Shown: in pieces, positions 32,666 to 43,235 of the stretch
Layout: every line of letters starts with the position of its first letter
Numbering within the stretch: the first letter of the stretch is position 1
Assembly (NCBI GenBank): GCA_963720405.1
Contig: CAVRFP010000011.1
Coordinates: 20,139 to 84,138 of the forward strand
Direction: 5' to 3'
Length of the DNA: 64,000 nucleotides
DNA from: an uncultured Chitinophagaceae bacterium
Lineage (GTDB): Bacteria > Bacteroidota > Bacteroidia > Chitinophagales > Chitinophagaceae
Notes under the pieces: model-generated
Told to the model about the DNA's origin: nothing
Seen by the model: the letters and a program-made list of their open reading frames with translations, nothing else
Database searches by the model: none
Translations under genes and position numbers: made by a program

Positions 32666-32701
32666 AACTATTTTTTGGCTTATCAGGCATAATAGTTTTT
32701 T
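32666..32701 (+). repeat. 36-bp direct repeat, right copy
   Basis: Matches 30483-30518 with one mismatch. Confidence 0.9.
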
Positions 32702-32724
32702 CCCCAATGATAGATTCCGAACTG

Positions 32725-34614
32725 TTAATGATAACCCGGATTCTGTTTTAAAGTTGGCTTCCCGTTAACCATAGTCAGATCTATCTGCCTCTGTGGAATG
32801 GGGAAGTGCTCATTTTTACCTTTTAGAAATTGAGCGTTCGAAATATCACCGGTTATCTTTCCTTCATAATTAAAATAGGCGTTCAATGTTTGTTGTGCGA
32901 TGCCCCATCTTACTAAATCAAAAAATCGTTTTCCTTCCATGGCCAGTTCCAGCTTCCTTTCAAAATAGATCGCCTTCAGGGCATAATCTTTTCCCTTTGA
33001 TGCGAAGTTGCCATCAGGATAGGGTTTTATAAGGTAATTCGCAGCCGGAATATTGGAGTAACCATTCATTGGTTTGTTGGGATCTTTATAATTATAAACC
33101 CATCCGGCCGGATTGGCTGCCCTGTTTCTCACAATGTTTACAAAATCTTCTGCTTTACCAAGGTCGCCGGTTTGAGCTTCAACTTCCGCAGCCATTAGCA
33201 ACACGTCTGAAAAACGCATGAGCACATTATTAAGAGCGGTTCCCGGTGCCCATGCACTGCCATCATAATATTGATTCTGAGTTGCCTGCCAATACACATT
33301 TTTCTTAGGAGAATAGGGGCCTGAAAAATTCTGGTCGCGGATCCAATCTTTTCCGGGATGTGCACCCCAATCTAGATAAGGAATATCGCGGCGGCCTACG
33401 GTCCAGTCAAGCCGGGGATCAAGCGTACCTGCATCGGGAGTGAAAGGCTGATTGGACTCTATACCCATATCATTTTTTACCGGATGGTCGTTATAGTTAT
33501 CTAAATAAGGAAGTCCTGTAGAAGGATCTGTACGATAGGAATTAACCAGGTCCACAGAAGGCTGAAAAAAGCCACAGCATGAAAACGGGCCTCCATAAGG
33601 ATAGTTGAGCATATCGCCCTGGTTGGCATTCGCCGTTCCGCCGGAACCGTCATTGGCAGCATTTTCTATTGCAAAAACAACTTCAGAATTATCCTCAGTT
33701 TCCGGCTTAAAATTATCATCAAACAAGGCATTTAGCTTATATTTTTTACCACTGGTGGTCATTCCTTCATTAATAACCTGTTCAAAAAGTGTTTTTGCAT
33801 CGGGGTATTTATATTCAAATAAATAAACTTTTGCTAAGTAAGCTGCGCCTGCCCATTTATTTACCCGGCCAACCTGGCTCTGTATTGCGGGCAAATTGCT
33901 CATGGCAAACTTAAAATCTTCTTCTATATTGGGCCAGATATCTTTATCATTAGGAATCTTCAAACCCACGGTTGTTTCATCCACCCAGGGTACGTTATCA
34001 AACATTTTCTTAAGATCAAAATAAAAATGTCCACGTAAGAACCGGGCCTCCCCGGCAACTTCGCTCTTTTCAGCATCCGTCATATCTTTCACATCTTTTA
34101 ATATTCCTAATACGGTATTACACCTGGAAATACCCTCATAGACCACCTTCCATTTATCATTAAAAAAATCGCTGCTGGGATTGCTTTTGAAGTCTGCGAT
34201 CTGGAGTGTTTCCGGTGAATCGCCGGCATCACTTCCTTTATGAGCATCACCGCCGCACAAACTGCCATATATCCAATTATCCGGGGAAACCACATAGCCA
34301 CTATTTCCGGTCATGCTGATCATATCGCCGGTAGGAACTCCATCTCCCTGTCCGTCCAGTGCCGCATAAGCGCCTATCAACAAGGCGTTTACTCCTTTTT
34401 TATTGGCAAGCTCTTCATTGCTCAATGAGCCCAGTGGTGCAACTTCCAGAAATGATTTCTTACAGGAGCCCAATAACATTCCAAACGCAATGATGAGGAA
34501 CAGGTAGTTGAAATGAACTGACTGAAAAAAATAATTCTGCTTTTCAGTTCTATTACCTTGTAAGAGGCGAGCCTGATTAAATTGTTTATTATGATTCGAT
34601 TTCATTTTTTTCAT
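32725..34614 (-). CDS. RagB/SusD-family outer-membrane lipoprotein
   Basis: Lipobox LGS-C; GEARFLRGHFYF and ERKLELAMEGKRFFDLVRWG; ends QNPGY. Confidence 0.95.
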   Translation of the reverse strand: MKKMKSNHNKQFNQARLLQGNRTEKQNYFFQSVHFNYLFLIIAFGMLLGSCKKSFLEVAPLGSLSNEELANKKGVNALLIGAYAALDGQGDGVPTGDMISMTGNSGYVVSPDNWIYGSLCGGDAHKGSDAGDSPETLQIADFKSNPSSDFFNDKWKVVYEGISRCNTVLGILKDVKDMTDAEKSEVAGEARFLRGHFYFDLKKMFDNVPWVDETTVGLKIPNDKDIWPNIEEDFKFAMSNLPAIQSQVGRVNKWAGAAYLAKVYLFEYKYPDAKTLFEQVINEGMTTSGKKYKLNALFDDNFKPETEDNSEVVFAIENAANDGSGGTANANQGDMLNYPYGGPFSCCGFFQPSVDLVNSYRTDPSTGLPYLDNYNDHPVKNDMGIESNQPFTPDAGTLDPRLDWTVGRRDIPYLDWGAHPGKDWIRDQNFSGPYSPKKNVYWQATQNQYYDGSAWAPGTALNNVLMRFSDVLLMAAEVEAQTGDLGKAEDFVNIVRNRAANPAGWVYNYKDPNKPMNGYSNIPAANYLIKPYPDGNFASKGKDYALKAIYFERKLELAMEGKRFFDLVRWGIAQQTLNAYFNYEGKITGDISNAQFLKGKNEHFPIPQRQIDLTMVNGKPTLKQNPGYH

Positions 34615-34641
34615 TTTTTTGTTAAGTGTTTAAACATGATA

Positions 34642-37600
34642 TCAGAAGGCCAGGTTAAGGCCGATTAAAAACTGGCGTTGATTGGGATAGGCGCCATCGT
34701 CAATACCAAAATCAGTAACTCCGGTTCCGCCAATTTCCGGATCAATACCTGAATATTTGGTGATAGTAAATAAATTGGCAGCCTGGAGATATACCCTGAA
34801 TTTATCCACGCCTATTTTACTAAGAAGGCTTTTATGAAAGGTGTAACCAATCAGCACGTTTTTTGCCCGCAGGTAAGCGCCATTTTCCACAAAGTAGGAG
34901 TTGGGAACGCCCTGTGTGCTGAAGGTTCCTATATTTTCCTGGATAGGCGCCCTGGCATTTTTATGATCCGGTGTCCAGGAGTCATACAAGGCGGTTTTAC
35001 TTTTAGCCCCTTCAAAAGAGGAATAAAAATCGGTCCACCACCTCACATCATTCCATATCTGGTTCCCGTGTACACCATAGAAAAAGATGCTAAAGTCAAA
35101 ATTTTTGAAAGTTAATCCTATATTCAAACCATAGGAGAATTTAGGATTAGGATTGCCCAGGAAAGTACGGTCGTCAGGAGTGATTTGCCCATCGCCATTT
35201 GTGTCAGCATAACGAAAACGACCTACTGCCTCATCAGTTTGATATTCCGCGGAGGGGTCGTTGGTGGCTTTTTGCGCAGTGGCATCAGCGTTGGCAATTT
35301 CAGTGGCATCATTCCAGAAGCCAACGATCTTATACCCAAAAAATGAAGATACCGGCTGGCCGACAGCATTTCGTATGACGGTACCCGCAAACCGGCGAAC
35401 ATCTAAATCAAAATAATTTACATCCTCTGCTATCTTTATGATCTTATTTTTATAGGTAGTAAAAGTGAGCGTGGCATTTAAATTTAAATCACGGGTAATA
35501 TTGGTATTCCCGCCAACAGAAAGATCAATGCCTTCATTTTTCATATTGGCAACATTAACATACGGTTGAGCAGCCACACCTGCAATGCCCGGAAGCTCAG
35601 GATTATAAAGTAAATCACGAATATCTTTTCTGTAATAATCTGCAGACAATTCAAACCGCCCGTTCAGAAAGGTGGCATCAAGCCCGAAATTGGCGTTTAC
35701 ATCACTCTCCCATTTAGCATTGGGGTTACCGATCTGTTCCTGCTGAAATCCTAACACAGTACTATTGTTTGTGCCGTTGATATCATAATAAGAAGTGCTG
35801 CGGTTACTATTATAGAGCGTGAACCCATTTTTAGCGCCCACATTAAATTGATTACCCATAATGCCCCAGCTTCCACGAAACTTCAAATCGGTGATCCAGG
35901 AAATGTTTTTCATGAAATTTTCCTGTGAAACTCTCCATGCAGCGCTTACGGCGGGAAACCATCCAAAATGGTTATTCAAAAAAACAGAAGATCCATCTCT
36001 GCGCAATGTTGCACTCAGCAGGTATTTATCTTTGTACATATAATCGAGCCTGCCAAACAATGAAAATAAGTTGCTTTGAAAGTTGCTGCTATTGTTACTC
36101 TGTGTTCCTGACCCTGAGGAGAGACTTGTATAATTTGGATCGAAAGAAAAGTAATTGGTTGTAGATCCGCCTAAAGAAATGCCTTTTTCCTCATGCGACT
36201 CGGTGCCAGCCATCAGTTTCAGATCGTGATCTTTACCAAACATTTTATGAAATGCGAGGGTATTGGTCCAGGTCCAGCTGTAGCTATTATAGGCTCCGGC
36301 GCTATATAAATTAGTGGTACTATTTTCTACATTTTCATATTGCGGATAAGTAAAAGAGTGATTCCAGCCTGAAGGAATATCACCTCCAAAACTGGTATGT
36401 GCCGTAAAGTATTTCAGAAAATCAACGTCAGCGAAAACGTTCCCAAAAAGCCGGAAATCCATCGCTTTGTTATTGCGTGTCCTGTACTGCATGGCTACAG
36501 GATTCATCGCATCTCCCAATCCGGGGCCATGGCCACCGGCAAAATTCCCCTTGATGTCATATACGGGAATGATAGGTTGTTCCCTGATGGCCATACCGAT
36601 TGCCGCATCAGGACTAAGTAGCTCTACGCCTGGATTTTCGCTAACAGAGTAAGACAGATTTTCTCCAACCCTTATGCTTTTCGTTACGTTGTATTGTGTA
36701 TTTGAGCGGATGGTAAATCTCTTCAGATAAGTATTGATCAAAGTTCCCTGCTGATTGAAATAATTGAGAGAAAACAGGTAGTTTCCTTTATCACCGCCAC
36801 CACTTACAGAAAGATTTTGATTGGAAATTGGTGCAGGTTTAAATATCGCGTGATACCAATCGGTTCCCTGCTTGTTGGCTTTTACAATACGATAAAAATT
36901 ATTGTATTCATCTAATGTAGTATAATTCGGATCCACATTATAATTGGATGGATCAGCCGAAGGGTCCCCGTTCATAACACCTGCCGGTTGCAGATAGTCA
37001 GGCAATACAGGTTGGGCGCCACCCCCATATAAAGCATCGGCACTGCTATCAGTTACTGGAGTACCTGAATTTGCCAAAGCGTTGAATTTAAGTTGCGCCA
37101 TCTCCTGCGGATTAAGGATATTCCACACGTTACCTCCTTTGGGATATTGCATTCCGTAATAAGCATTGTACTGAACTTTTACTTTTCCGGTTCCTTTTTT
37201 TGTGGTGATAATAATTACTCCATTTGAAGCGCGTGATCCATATATTGAAGCGGCGCCTGCATCTTTCAATACCTGCATGGAAGAAATATCATTGGAGTTG
37301 AGATCAGTAATACTTTGAGTAGGCACACCATCTACCACATATAAAGGTGTGTTATTTCCAAAAGTATTCACTCCCCGGATTTGTATCAATGGCTCCGAAC
37401 CGGGTTGTCCGGATCCTAATACCGTTACTCCGGATGCCTGCCCCTGTAATTGTGAAGTAACTTCTCCTGAAGGCTGGTTGATCATATCACCTACGTTTAC
37501 TACAGTAACAGCGCCGGCAATGTCCTTTTTCTTTTGTGACGCATAACCTGTGATCACCACCTCATCCAGTGTACTTGTCGTCTTTTTAAGCACAATACTG

Positions 37601-38205
37601 ATCTCTGTACGGTTTCCTATTGATACCTCCAGGGACTGGTAACCAATGAAGGAAACTTCCAGGGTTTGATCGCTACCTTCAGGAATTACAAGGGCAAAAG
37701 ATCCCTGCGCATCAGTTTCAGTTGCGATATTCGTTCCTTTCAGCTTTACCGTTGCATTCCGTAATGCATTTCCTTCCTGGTCTGTAACTTTCCCCTTTAC
37801 AGCATGTTCCAGGCTTCTTTGTTTCCTTTGCATGTCGGTATTTTCTACTTTCCCTTTTTTTTGAGTAATGAGATAGAAATGATCACGCACCCTTTCGAAG
37901 CTAAGGTCAAATGGCGTTAATGCTTTTTGTAGCGCATCATCGGCAGATGAGCAGGAGGCTACATCCAGTGTAATATTTTTATCATCTACCAGGCCGCTTT
38001 TATAAGCGATTGAAATATTAAACCTGCTTTCTATCTGCTGCAGAACATTTTTAAGCGATGTTTCTGTTATTTTATATCCTTCTTTAAGAACGTTCGCCCT
38101 GTTCAATCCGCTTGAAGCAAGATGCTGGGCCACTAAAGGTTGCGAAAGGAAAAAGCATGCAAATGAACACATGAGCAGCAAGGGTAACTTTGTTTTCATG
38201 TACAT
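34642..38205 (-). CDS. SusC/RagA-family TonB-dependent transporter with N-terminal signalling extension
   Basis: PLYVVDGVP and LKDAGAASIYGSRASNGVIIITTKKG; STN-like N-terminus; C-terminal Phe. Confidence 0.95.
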   Translation of the reverse strand: MYMKTKLPLLLMCSFACFFLSQPLVAQHLASSGLNRANVLKEGYKITETSLKNVLQQIESRFNISIAYKSGLVDDKNITLDVASCSSADDALQKALTPFDLSFERVRDHFYLITQKKGKVENTDMQRKQRSLEHAVKGKVTDQEGNALRNATVKLKGTNIATETDAQGSFALVIPEGSDQTLEVSFIGYQSLEVSIGNRTEISIVLKKTTSTLDEVVITGYASQKKKDIAGAVTVVNVGDMINQPSGEVTSQLQGQASGVTVLGSGQPGSEPLIQIRGVNTFGNNTPLYVVDGVPTQSITDLNSNDISSMQVLKDAGAASIYGSRASNGVIIITTKKGTGKVKVQYNAYYGMQYPKGGNVWNILNPQEMAQLKFNALANSGTPVTDSSADALYGGGAQPVLPDYLQPAGVMNGDPSADPSNYNVDPNYTTLDEYNNFYRIVKANKQGTDWYHAIFKPAPISNQNLSVSGGGDKGNYLFSLNYFNQQGTLINTYLKRFTIRSNTQYNVTKSIRVGENLSYSVSENPGVELLSPDAAIGMAIREQPIIPVYDIKGNFAGGHGPGLGDAMNPVAMQYRTRNNKAMDFRLFGNVFADVDFLKYFTAHTSFGGDIPSGWNHSFTYPQYENVENSTTNLYSAGAYNSYSWTWTNTLAFHKMFGKDHDLKLMAGTESHEEKGISLGGSTTNYFSFDPNYTSLSSGSGTQSNNSSNFQSNLFSLFGRLDYMYKDKYLLSATLRRDGSSVFLNNHFGWFPAVSAAWRVSQENFMKNISWITDLKFRGSWGIMGNQFNVGAKNGFTLYNSNRSTSYYDINGTNNSTVLGFQQEQIGNPNAKWESDVNANFGLDATFLNGRFELSADYYRKDIRDLLYNPELPGIAGVAAQPYVNVANMKNEGIDLSVGGNTNITRDLNLNATLTFTTYKNKIIKIAEDVNYFDLDVRRFAGTVIRNAVGQPVSSFFGYKIVGFWNDATEIANADATAQKATNDPSAEYQTDEAVGRFRYADTNGDGQITPDDRTFLGNPNPKFSYGLNIGLTFKNFDFSIFFYGVHGNQIWNDVRWWTDFYSSFEGAKSKTALYDSWTPDHKNARAPIQENIGTFSTQGVPNSYFVENGAYLRAKNVLIGYTFHKSLLSKIGVDKFRVYLQAANLFTITKYSGIDPEIGGTGVTDFGIDDGAYPNQRQFLIGLNLAF

Positions 38206-38278
38206 ATAATTTAACGATTAAGTATGATGAATAGGATTTAATTAATCAATTGTAGCTTTTAGCAAAAACAGTTTATGC

Positions 38279-39370
38279 CTAATTTCCTTTCGCCTGCTTG
38301 TGCACCAGGATTTCATCGTCCTGTTTATGGAAATCCACCTGGAATACTTTTCCAAACTGCACCAGCATAGTATCTACATTATACACAATTGGCATAGACC
38401 CTGAAATCCTGTTGTTCAATAAACGGTGATCACTGATGATCATTTTTTTACCAAATACCTGTTGCATGAATGAGGCAACGTCTGTCAGGGAGTAATTATT
38501 CATCGCCAGCTTACCAGTTGCCCATGAATCAAACTGCGCTGCGTCCACCTTACTTTTGGCATAATCACCATCTTGCTTGTCATAGCTTATCATCTCGCCA
38601 GGCTTAAGATATAATTGCGTTGTAATATTACCTGGACGTTCCGAAATGTTCAGCTTAATACTTCCCCGTTGTAAAACCACTTTTATTTGTTGACCACGAT
38701 TGTTGACATTGAAGCGGGTGCCAAGCACTTCCACAGATAACTTATCATCGGTTTCTACAATGAATTTTTTATTGCCGAACGTATGTTTTACCTGGAAACA
38801 TGCTTCTCCATTCAGCCATACTTCACGCTGCTGACCGCTCTCCTTATAGATCAGTCCGGAGTTAGCATTTAATATAACTTCCGAGCTATCAGGAAGAACT
38901 AATTTCCGCACTTCTCCATAACCGGTTTGTGCACTTAGTGAAATTGTTTTTGCAGGTTCATGATCTGTTATGCGCCAAATACTGAATATCGCAATCATTC
39001 CAATAAAGACAGCTGCTGCATATTTCCAAACGTTACGCCAGTTGTTTAGTTTTTTGGGAGAATCCAATTTATAGGGGATCTCTGCCTCTTCCTGGTTCAT
39101 TTTATCCCAAACTGAATCCCATAAGCGCTCCTTTTCGTTATCAGGTAAAGTATAAGAACGAAACTGAACAGAACGAACTAAAGCAACCGCTTCATTGATC
39201 GTTGCTTGTTTATGAGGATATTCACGAAGCCATGCTTGCCAGAAATACTTGTTCTTTAAACAAGGATGTAAAACCCAATTTTGAAAATCTTCATCAAGTG
39301 CAAAATCTCTTGTTGTATAGAATTGATATTCTTTCGATGTCAATGCTTGTTTGATATAATAGAGACACAA
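38279..39370 (-). CDS. FecR-family anti-sigma factor (true start possibly TTG 39343)
   Basis: One TM; LPDSSEVILNANS, REVWLNGEA and VEVLGTRFNV motifs. Confidence 0.93.
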   Translation of the reverse strand: MCLYYIKQALTSKEYQFYTTRDFALDEDFQNWVLHPCLKNKYFWQAWLREYPHKQATINEAVALVRSVQFRSYTLPDNEKERLWDSVWDKMNQEEAEIPYKLDSPKKLNNWRNVWKYAAAVFIGMIAIFSIWRITDHEPAKTISLSAQTGYGEVRKLVLPDSSEVILNANSGLIYKESGQQREVWLNGEACFQVKHTFGNKKFIVETDDKLSVEVLGTRFNVNNRGQQIKVVLQRGSIKLNISERPGNITTQLYLKPGEMISYDKQDGDYAKSKVDAAQFDSWATGKLAMNNYSLTDVASFMQQVFGKKMIISDHRLLNNRISGSMPIVYNVDTMLVQFGKVFQVDFHKQDDEILVHKQAKGN

Positions 39371-39429
39371 AAAATAAAAATCTCATCATTTTTTTTAAAA
39401 TATTTTTTTGAAGGGGAAGGGAAGAGGTG

Positions 39430-39456
39430 TCAGGTATCAGGTATCAGGTATCAGGA
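39430..39456 (+). repeat. Heptamer tandem repeat (TCAGGTA)x3 plus TCAGGA
   Basis: Read directly between the ECF sigma and fecR genes. Confidence 0.8.
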
Positions 39457-39466
39457 TAACTTATCC

Positions 39467-40078
39467 TTAAATGATATTGATCAGAATAAAAAGCAGGAAC
39501 ATATTTTTCAAGAGCCCGATTGCCTTAGAGATAAGATTATAAACAGAATCCACTTTCATGGACATCAATTGAGCAATTTCGGCATAAGAGAGACTTTGAT
39601 AAAACCGAAGGTATATGGCTTCACGTTGGCGAAGGGTTAATCCGCTGATCGCCGAATGAAGCTGAGCCAACTGTTGCTGGTGAGTCTCATTGCCGATGAT
39701 GACATCTTCCTGTGGAGGAATTAATTCAAAATCAAAGGAACCGGAAGGAGCGTTAAAATGATTCCTTCTGTCCTTTTGCAGAGACCGCAGCAGGCGGCGG
39801 CGAAGACTGCTTAGTAAATAATACCGGATGTTCCGGACGTCGTGTGATAGATGTTCATGTTCCAGCCATAAGTTTTGAAACAGATCCTGGATAGCATCTT
39901 TTACCATCTCACTATCTCTGCAGAAATGCATGCCGTAATGGTATAGATCATCTATATGAGAATGGAAAATTTTACCCAGCGCATCACGGTCTCCACAGCA
40001 AAAACTCTCCCAGGCATCTTTCGCGGACGACGATATGGATAAAACGGGTGATTTCTTTGCAACATATAATTCCTTCAT
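39467..40078 (-). CDS. ECF sigma-70 factor (FecI-like)
   Basis: DAIQDLFQNLW region 2 and LTLRQREAIYLRFYQSLSYAEIA region 4. Start taken at MKEL (40078); the track starts at 40138. Confidence 0.92.
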   Translation of the reverse strand: MKELYVAKKSPVLSISSSAKDAWESFCCGDRDALGKIFHSHIDDLYHYGMHFCRDSEMVKDAIQDLFQNLWLEHEHLSHDVRNIRYYLLSSLRRRLLRSLQKDRRNHFNAPSGSFDFELIPPQEDVIIGNETHQQQLAQLHSAISGLTLRQREAIYLRFYQSLSYAEIAQLMSMKVDSVYNLISKAIGLLKNMFLLFILINII

Positions 40079-40419
40079 AAGCGCTATTTTTAAGAAGACC
40101 GTAATTACCCGTACATCTTTGTTTTTACGAAAGAGCATTATTGAGTGATCGAGGTAATAGTGAAGATTAACGGAGCTTATGTATCTTAATACTTTCTATA
40201 AAAAGGCTGATACAAGGTAAGATTATTTTGGATCGAAACTTCACAAAATACCTCCTTGTAGAAATATTCTGTGTAAAATATTTCAGCGTTCAACTCTGAT
40301 TTAAAATGACTAAAAACTACTTTTTAGCTTTGCACGCTTTTGTAAATTTCATAGAAAGCGTCAACATGCTTCAAGGAGCACATTCAGCTTCCCAGGAAGC
40401 CAACTGACATATTCATTTG

Positions 40420-41166
40420 CTATGAAATCTTCTTAATTAAAACCGGCTTTCCCGGTTCATGAATATCATATAAAATAATCCCTGTCGTAGTGTTACAGAT
40501 CAGAATCCCATTATAAGGAATTACATCAAGATAATTTCCGTCTGTTTGCGTAGAAATCAGGGGTGGCAAATACGGATGTTTTATATTAAATACTTTCATT
40601 CCCGCGCTTCCGCAGCACACATACAAAACGCTGTCCTGGATGCCAAGACCTGTCGGGTCTGGCAAGGGAATCGTGTTTTTTAAGACTGGATTATTAATGT
40701 CGGTAATATTGTGAATATATAATCCGGCCTGTGCAGGGCCACAGCCACCGGAACTTTTTAAAGTAACAAATGCAACAGAATCATTAACAACAACAGGATC
40801 GCAACTTCGTGCGTGCTTTGCCTCCCCAACGAGGCGTGGAGCAGAGGCGGTGTCAATTGAATAAATGTACAGCCCGGTGCGTGTACCGAGAAATAAATAG
40901 TTGTTATAGGGATAAATGGTTTCTATATCATAGTTGAGATTTGAGGTGTGCACCTTTTCAGGCTTCGCAGGATTACTAAGGGAATAAACAGATAAAAAGT
41001 GATTGGTTACAACGTATAAATAATTTTTGGCAATGGTAAAACGCGTGATCGAACCGCCCTTGCCGGTCTGCATAGAAGCAGGGGTGGCAGCATCTTTCTG
41101 ACATGAGTTCAGGGAGACAACACAAAGAAGGATCAGTAGATTTTTTGGAACGATGAATAATTTCAT
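40420..41166 (-). CDS. LVIVD-repeat lipoprotein
   Basis: Lipobox LNS-C; GKGGSITRF, IETIYP and SCDPVVV motifs. Confidence 0.85.
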   Translation of the reverse strand: MKLFIVPKNLLILLCVVSLNSCQKDAATPASMQTGKGGSITRFTIAKNYLYVVTNHFLSVYSLSNPAKPEKVHTSNLNYDIETIYPYNNYLFLGTRTGLYIYSIDTASAPRLVGEAKHARSCDPVVVNDSVAFVTLKSSGGCGPAQAGLYIHNITDINNPVLKNTIPLPDPTGLGIQDSVLYVCCGSAGMKVFNIKHPYLPPLISTQTDGNYLDVIPYNGILICNTTTGIILYDIHEPGKPVLIKKIS

Positions 41167-41189
41167 GGGTATTGATTTTAAAAAAGAAA

Positions 41190-41735
41190 TTAATTTTTAT
41201 AGCAGCTTGGTGGTATAGAATCTTTTACCCAGCCGACAATAACGCTGTCTTCCCTGTATCCGTTACATTGATAATACCCGCTTTCTTCCGGCTGAATCAT
41301 AGGATAGTCATATGCCATCTCCGGAAATGTATTGGGAAGCCTGTCTACAATTTTCATCTGCTCAGGATTAGAAATATCGATGGTCACCAGGTCACTATAA
41401 CTATTCGTATATAAATAGGACCCCTGGATAGATATCTGCTGGCAACCGTTTATGGTAATAAAACCAACCCGCTGTGCATTGGAAGGAACCGAATTATCGA
41501 TCACGTGAATTCCACGGCCCACATCTACCTGGAAAATAGCATTTTTATATGCATAAATATTTCCGGCATTAATGAGCGGATGCGCCACCGGATCATACAG
41601 GACTTTTTTGGCAGAATCGATAGCAGCATATACCGGTTTGCTTCCCCAAACCTTCGACTGTGAATGGTAATTTGGATCAATTTTCCAACAGGAAGTAAGA
41701 AGAAGCATACAAAAAATGAAAAGCAAATTTTTCAT
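41190..41735 (-). CDS. LVIVD-associated lipoprotein
   Basis: Lipobox LTS-C; GIHVIDNS and DLVTIDISNP motifs. Confidence 0.8.
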   Translation of the reverse strand: MKNLLFIFCMLLLTSCWKIDPNYHSQSKVWGSKPVYAAIDSAKKVLYDPVAHPLINAGNIYAYKNAIFQVDVGRGIHVIDNSVPSNAQRVGFITINGCQQISIQGSYLYTNSYSDLVTIDISNPEQMKIVDRLPNTFPEMAYDYPMIQPEESGYYQCNGYREDSVIVGWVKDSIPPSCYKN

Positions 41736-41875
41736 ACAGGCAGTTTTATTTGGTAAATCAGCGGGAATAACAAAATTATATATTCACAACTAAAATATGA
41801 GACAGGGAAAAGGTGGAAGATGCTGCATGAGAGATGCAATTGGCCGGTTTTGTTCTCCAGGGTTTTTGTTTTTAA

Positions 41876-42187
41876 TCAGGACAGATCTTCTATTCCTGTA
41901 AAGATCGGGATCATTGCCCTTCCTCTTTGAGATAAGGTGTATTCTATGTGCAGCGGTTTCTTTTTTATAATGGTACGGATTAGCAAATCCGCCTCTTCCA
42001 ATTCTCTTAGCGCTATGGAAATGGATTGTTTATTCGAATTAGGAAACTTTCTTAGGAGGCTGCTAAAACGCACCGGCCCCTCAACAGCCAAACGAAATAT
42101 CTGGGGTTTCCATTTGCCGGATAATAATTTTAAAAGCCCTTCTGCCGGGCAACTTTCCATATCTGATTCTTTCTTTTGGGTAGTCAT
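41876..42187 (-). CDS. HxlR-family winged-helix regulator
   Basis: CPAE...LSGKWK...LRELEE...EYTLS; start taken at MTTQ (42187). Confidence 0.9.
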   Translation of the reverse strand: MTTQKKESDMESCPAEGLLKLLSGKWKPQIFRLAVEGPVRFSSLLRKFPNSNKQSISIALRELEEADLLIRTIIKKKPLHIEYTLSQRGRAMIPIFTGIEDLS

Positions 42188-42289
42188 GTTTTTTTGACTT
42201 ATTGTGCAGGGATATTCTTGTGGATACCTTTGCACAAGTTAAACAATAATAATAAAACGCCTTCGGTAAAAGGGTTAAAAAACGAAAAT

Positions 42290-43195
42290 ATGAATATGAC
42301 AGAAAACAAAAATCGGCTGCTTTGTGATATGGAGACCGGAATATGTGAAGTACCCGGAAAAACCAATTTTTCTTCCCCAAAAAAGCCTGTTACAATAACT
42401 TATTTTACAGATCCTATTTGCTCTTCCTGCTGGGGCATCGAACCTCAGTTAAGAAAACTGAAATTAGAATATGGTGCATATTTCGATATAGATTACCGAA
42501 TGGGAGGTTTACTACCATCATGGAGCATCTATAATAGTGGCGGTATCAGCAAACCATCAGATGTAGCTTCTCACTGGGAAGAAGCCGGGGATCATTATGA
42601 AATGCCGATAGATGGCGGGGTTTGGTTTGAAGATCCTTTTGATTCTTCTTATCCGCCCTCTGTTGCCGTGAAAGCTGCGCAACTCCAGGGCAAAGAAAAA
42701 GGAGTTGCTTTTATGCGCAAACTGAGAGAAATGCTTTTCCTGGAAAAGAAAAATATCACCAAATGGGAGCATTTACAACAAGCTGCCCGCGAAACCGGAT
42801 TAGATACTTTCCAATTTAAGGCAGACTATGAAGGGAAAGCAAATGAACTATTCCAGGAAGACCTTAACTTAGGCAAACAGTTGGGAGTAAGAGGTTTTCC
42901 AACTTTGTTTTTTACAGATGCAGATAATAACCAGGCTTTGGTTTATGGATTCAAACCTTATGAAAATTATGTAGACACCATAAAGAAATTTGTTCCTAGT
43001 GCAAAAAAAGCGCAATACGACTTTTCTCCCAAAAGCGTGTTTTCCTACTTCCCTACTTTAATGACCAAAGAATTTGCAGTACTGACAGATAGTAATACGG
43101 AAGATGCAGAAAAAGTGTTGGCAAATTTGCTTGATAAGGGAAAAATCAGCAGCTATAAAAGCAAGAATGGAACGCTCTGGATAGGAAAGCAATAG
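42290..43195 (+). CDS. DsbA-family (YjbH/SpxH-like) protein
   Basis: FTDPICSSCWG CxxC and GVRGFPT cis-Pro; start taken at 42290. Confidence 0.9.
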   Translation: MNMTENKNRLLCDMETGICEVPGKTNFSSPKKPVTITYFTDPICSSCWGIEPQLRKLKLEYGAYFDIDYRMGGLLPSWSIYNSGGISKPSDVASHWEEAGDHYEMPIDGGVWFEDPFDSSYPPSVAVKAAQLQGKEKGVAFMRKLREMLFLEKKNITKWEHLQQAARETGLDTFQFKADYEGKANELFQEDLNLGKQLGVRGFPTLFFTDADNNQALVYGFKPYENYVDTIKKFVPSAKKAQYDFSPKSVFSYFPTLMTKEFAVLTDSNTEDAEKVLANLLDKGKISSYKSKNGTLWIGKQ

Positions 43196-43235
43196 TGCAA
43201 CTATCTAAAATAAATCATTAAAAAATAAGAAAAAA

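Noticed and set aside
32338-32690. Short ORFs over the REPIN tandem, and similar ORFs at 2186, 2499, 4199, 6496, 6816, 46357 and 46460
   Set aside because: They are translations of non-coding repeats.
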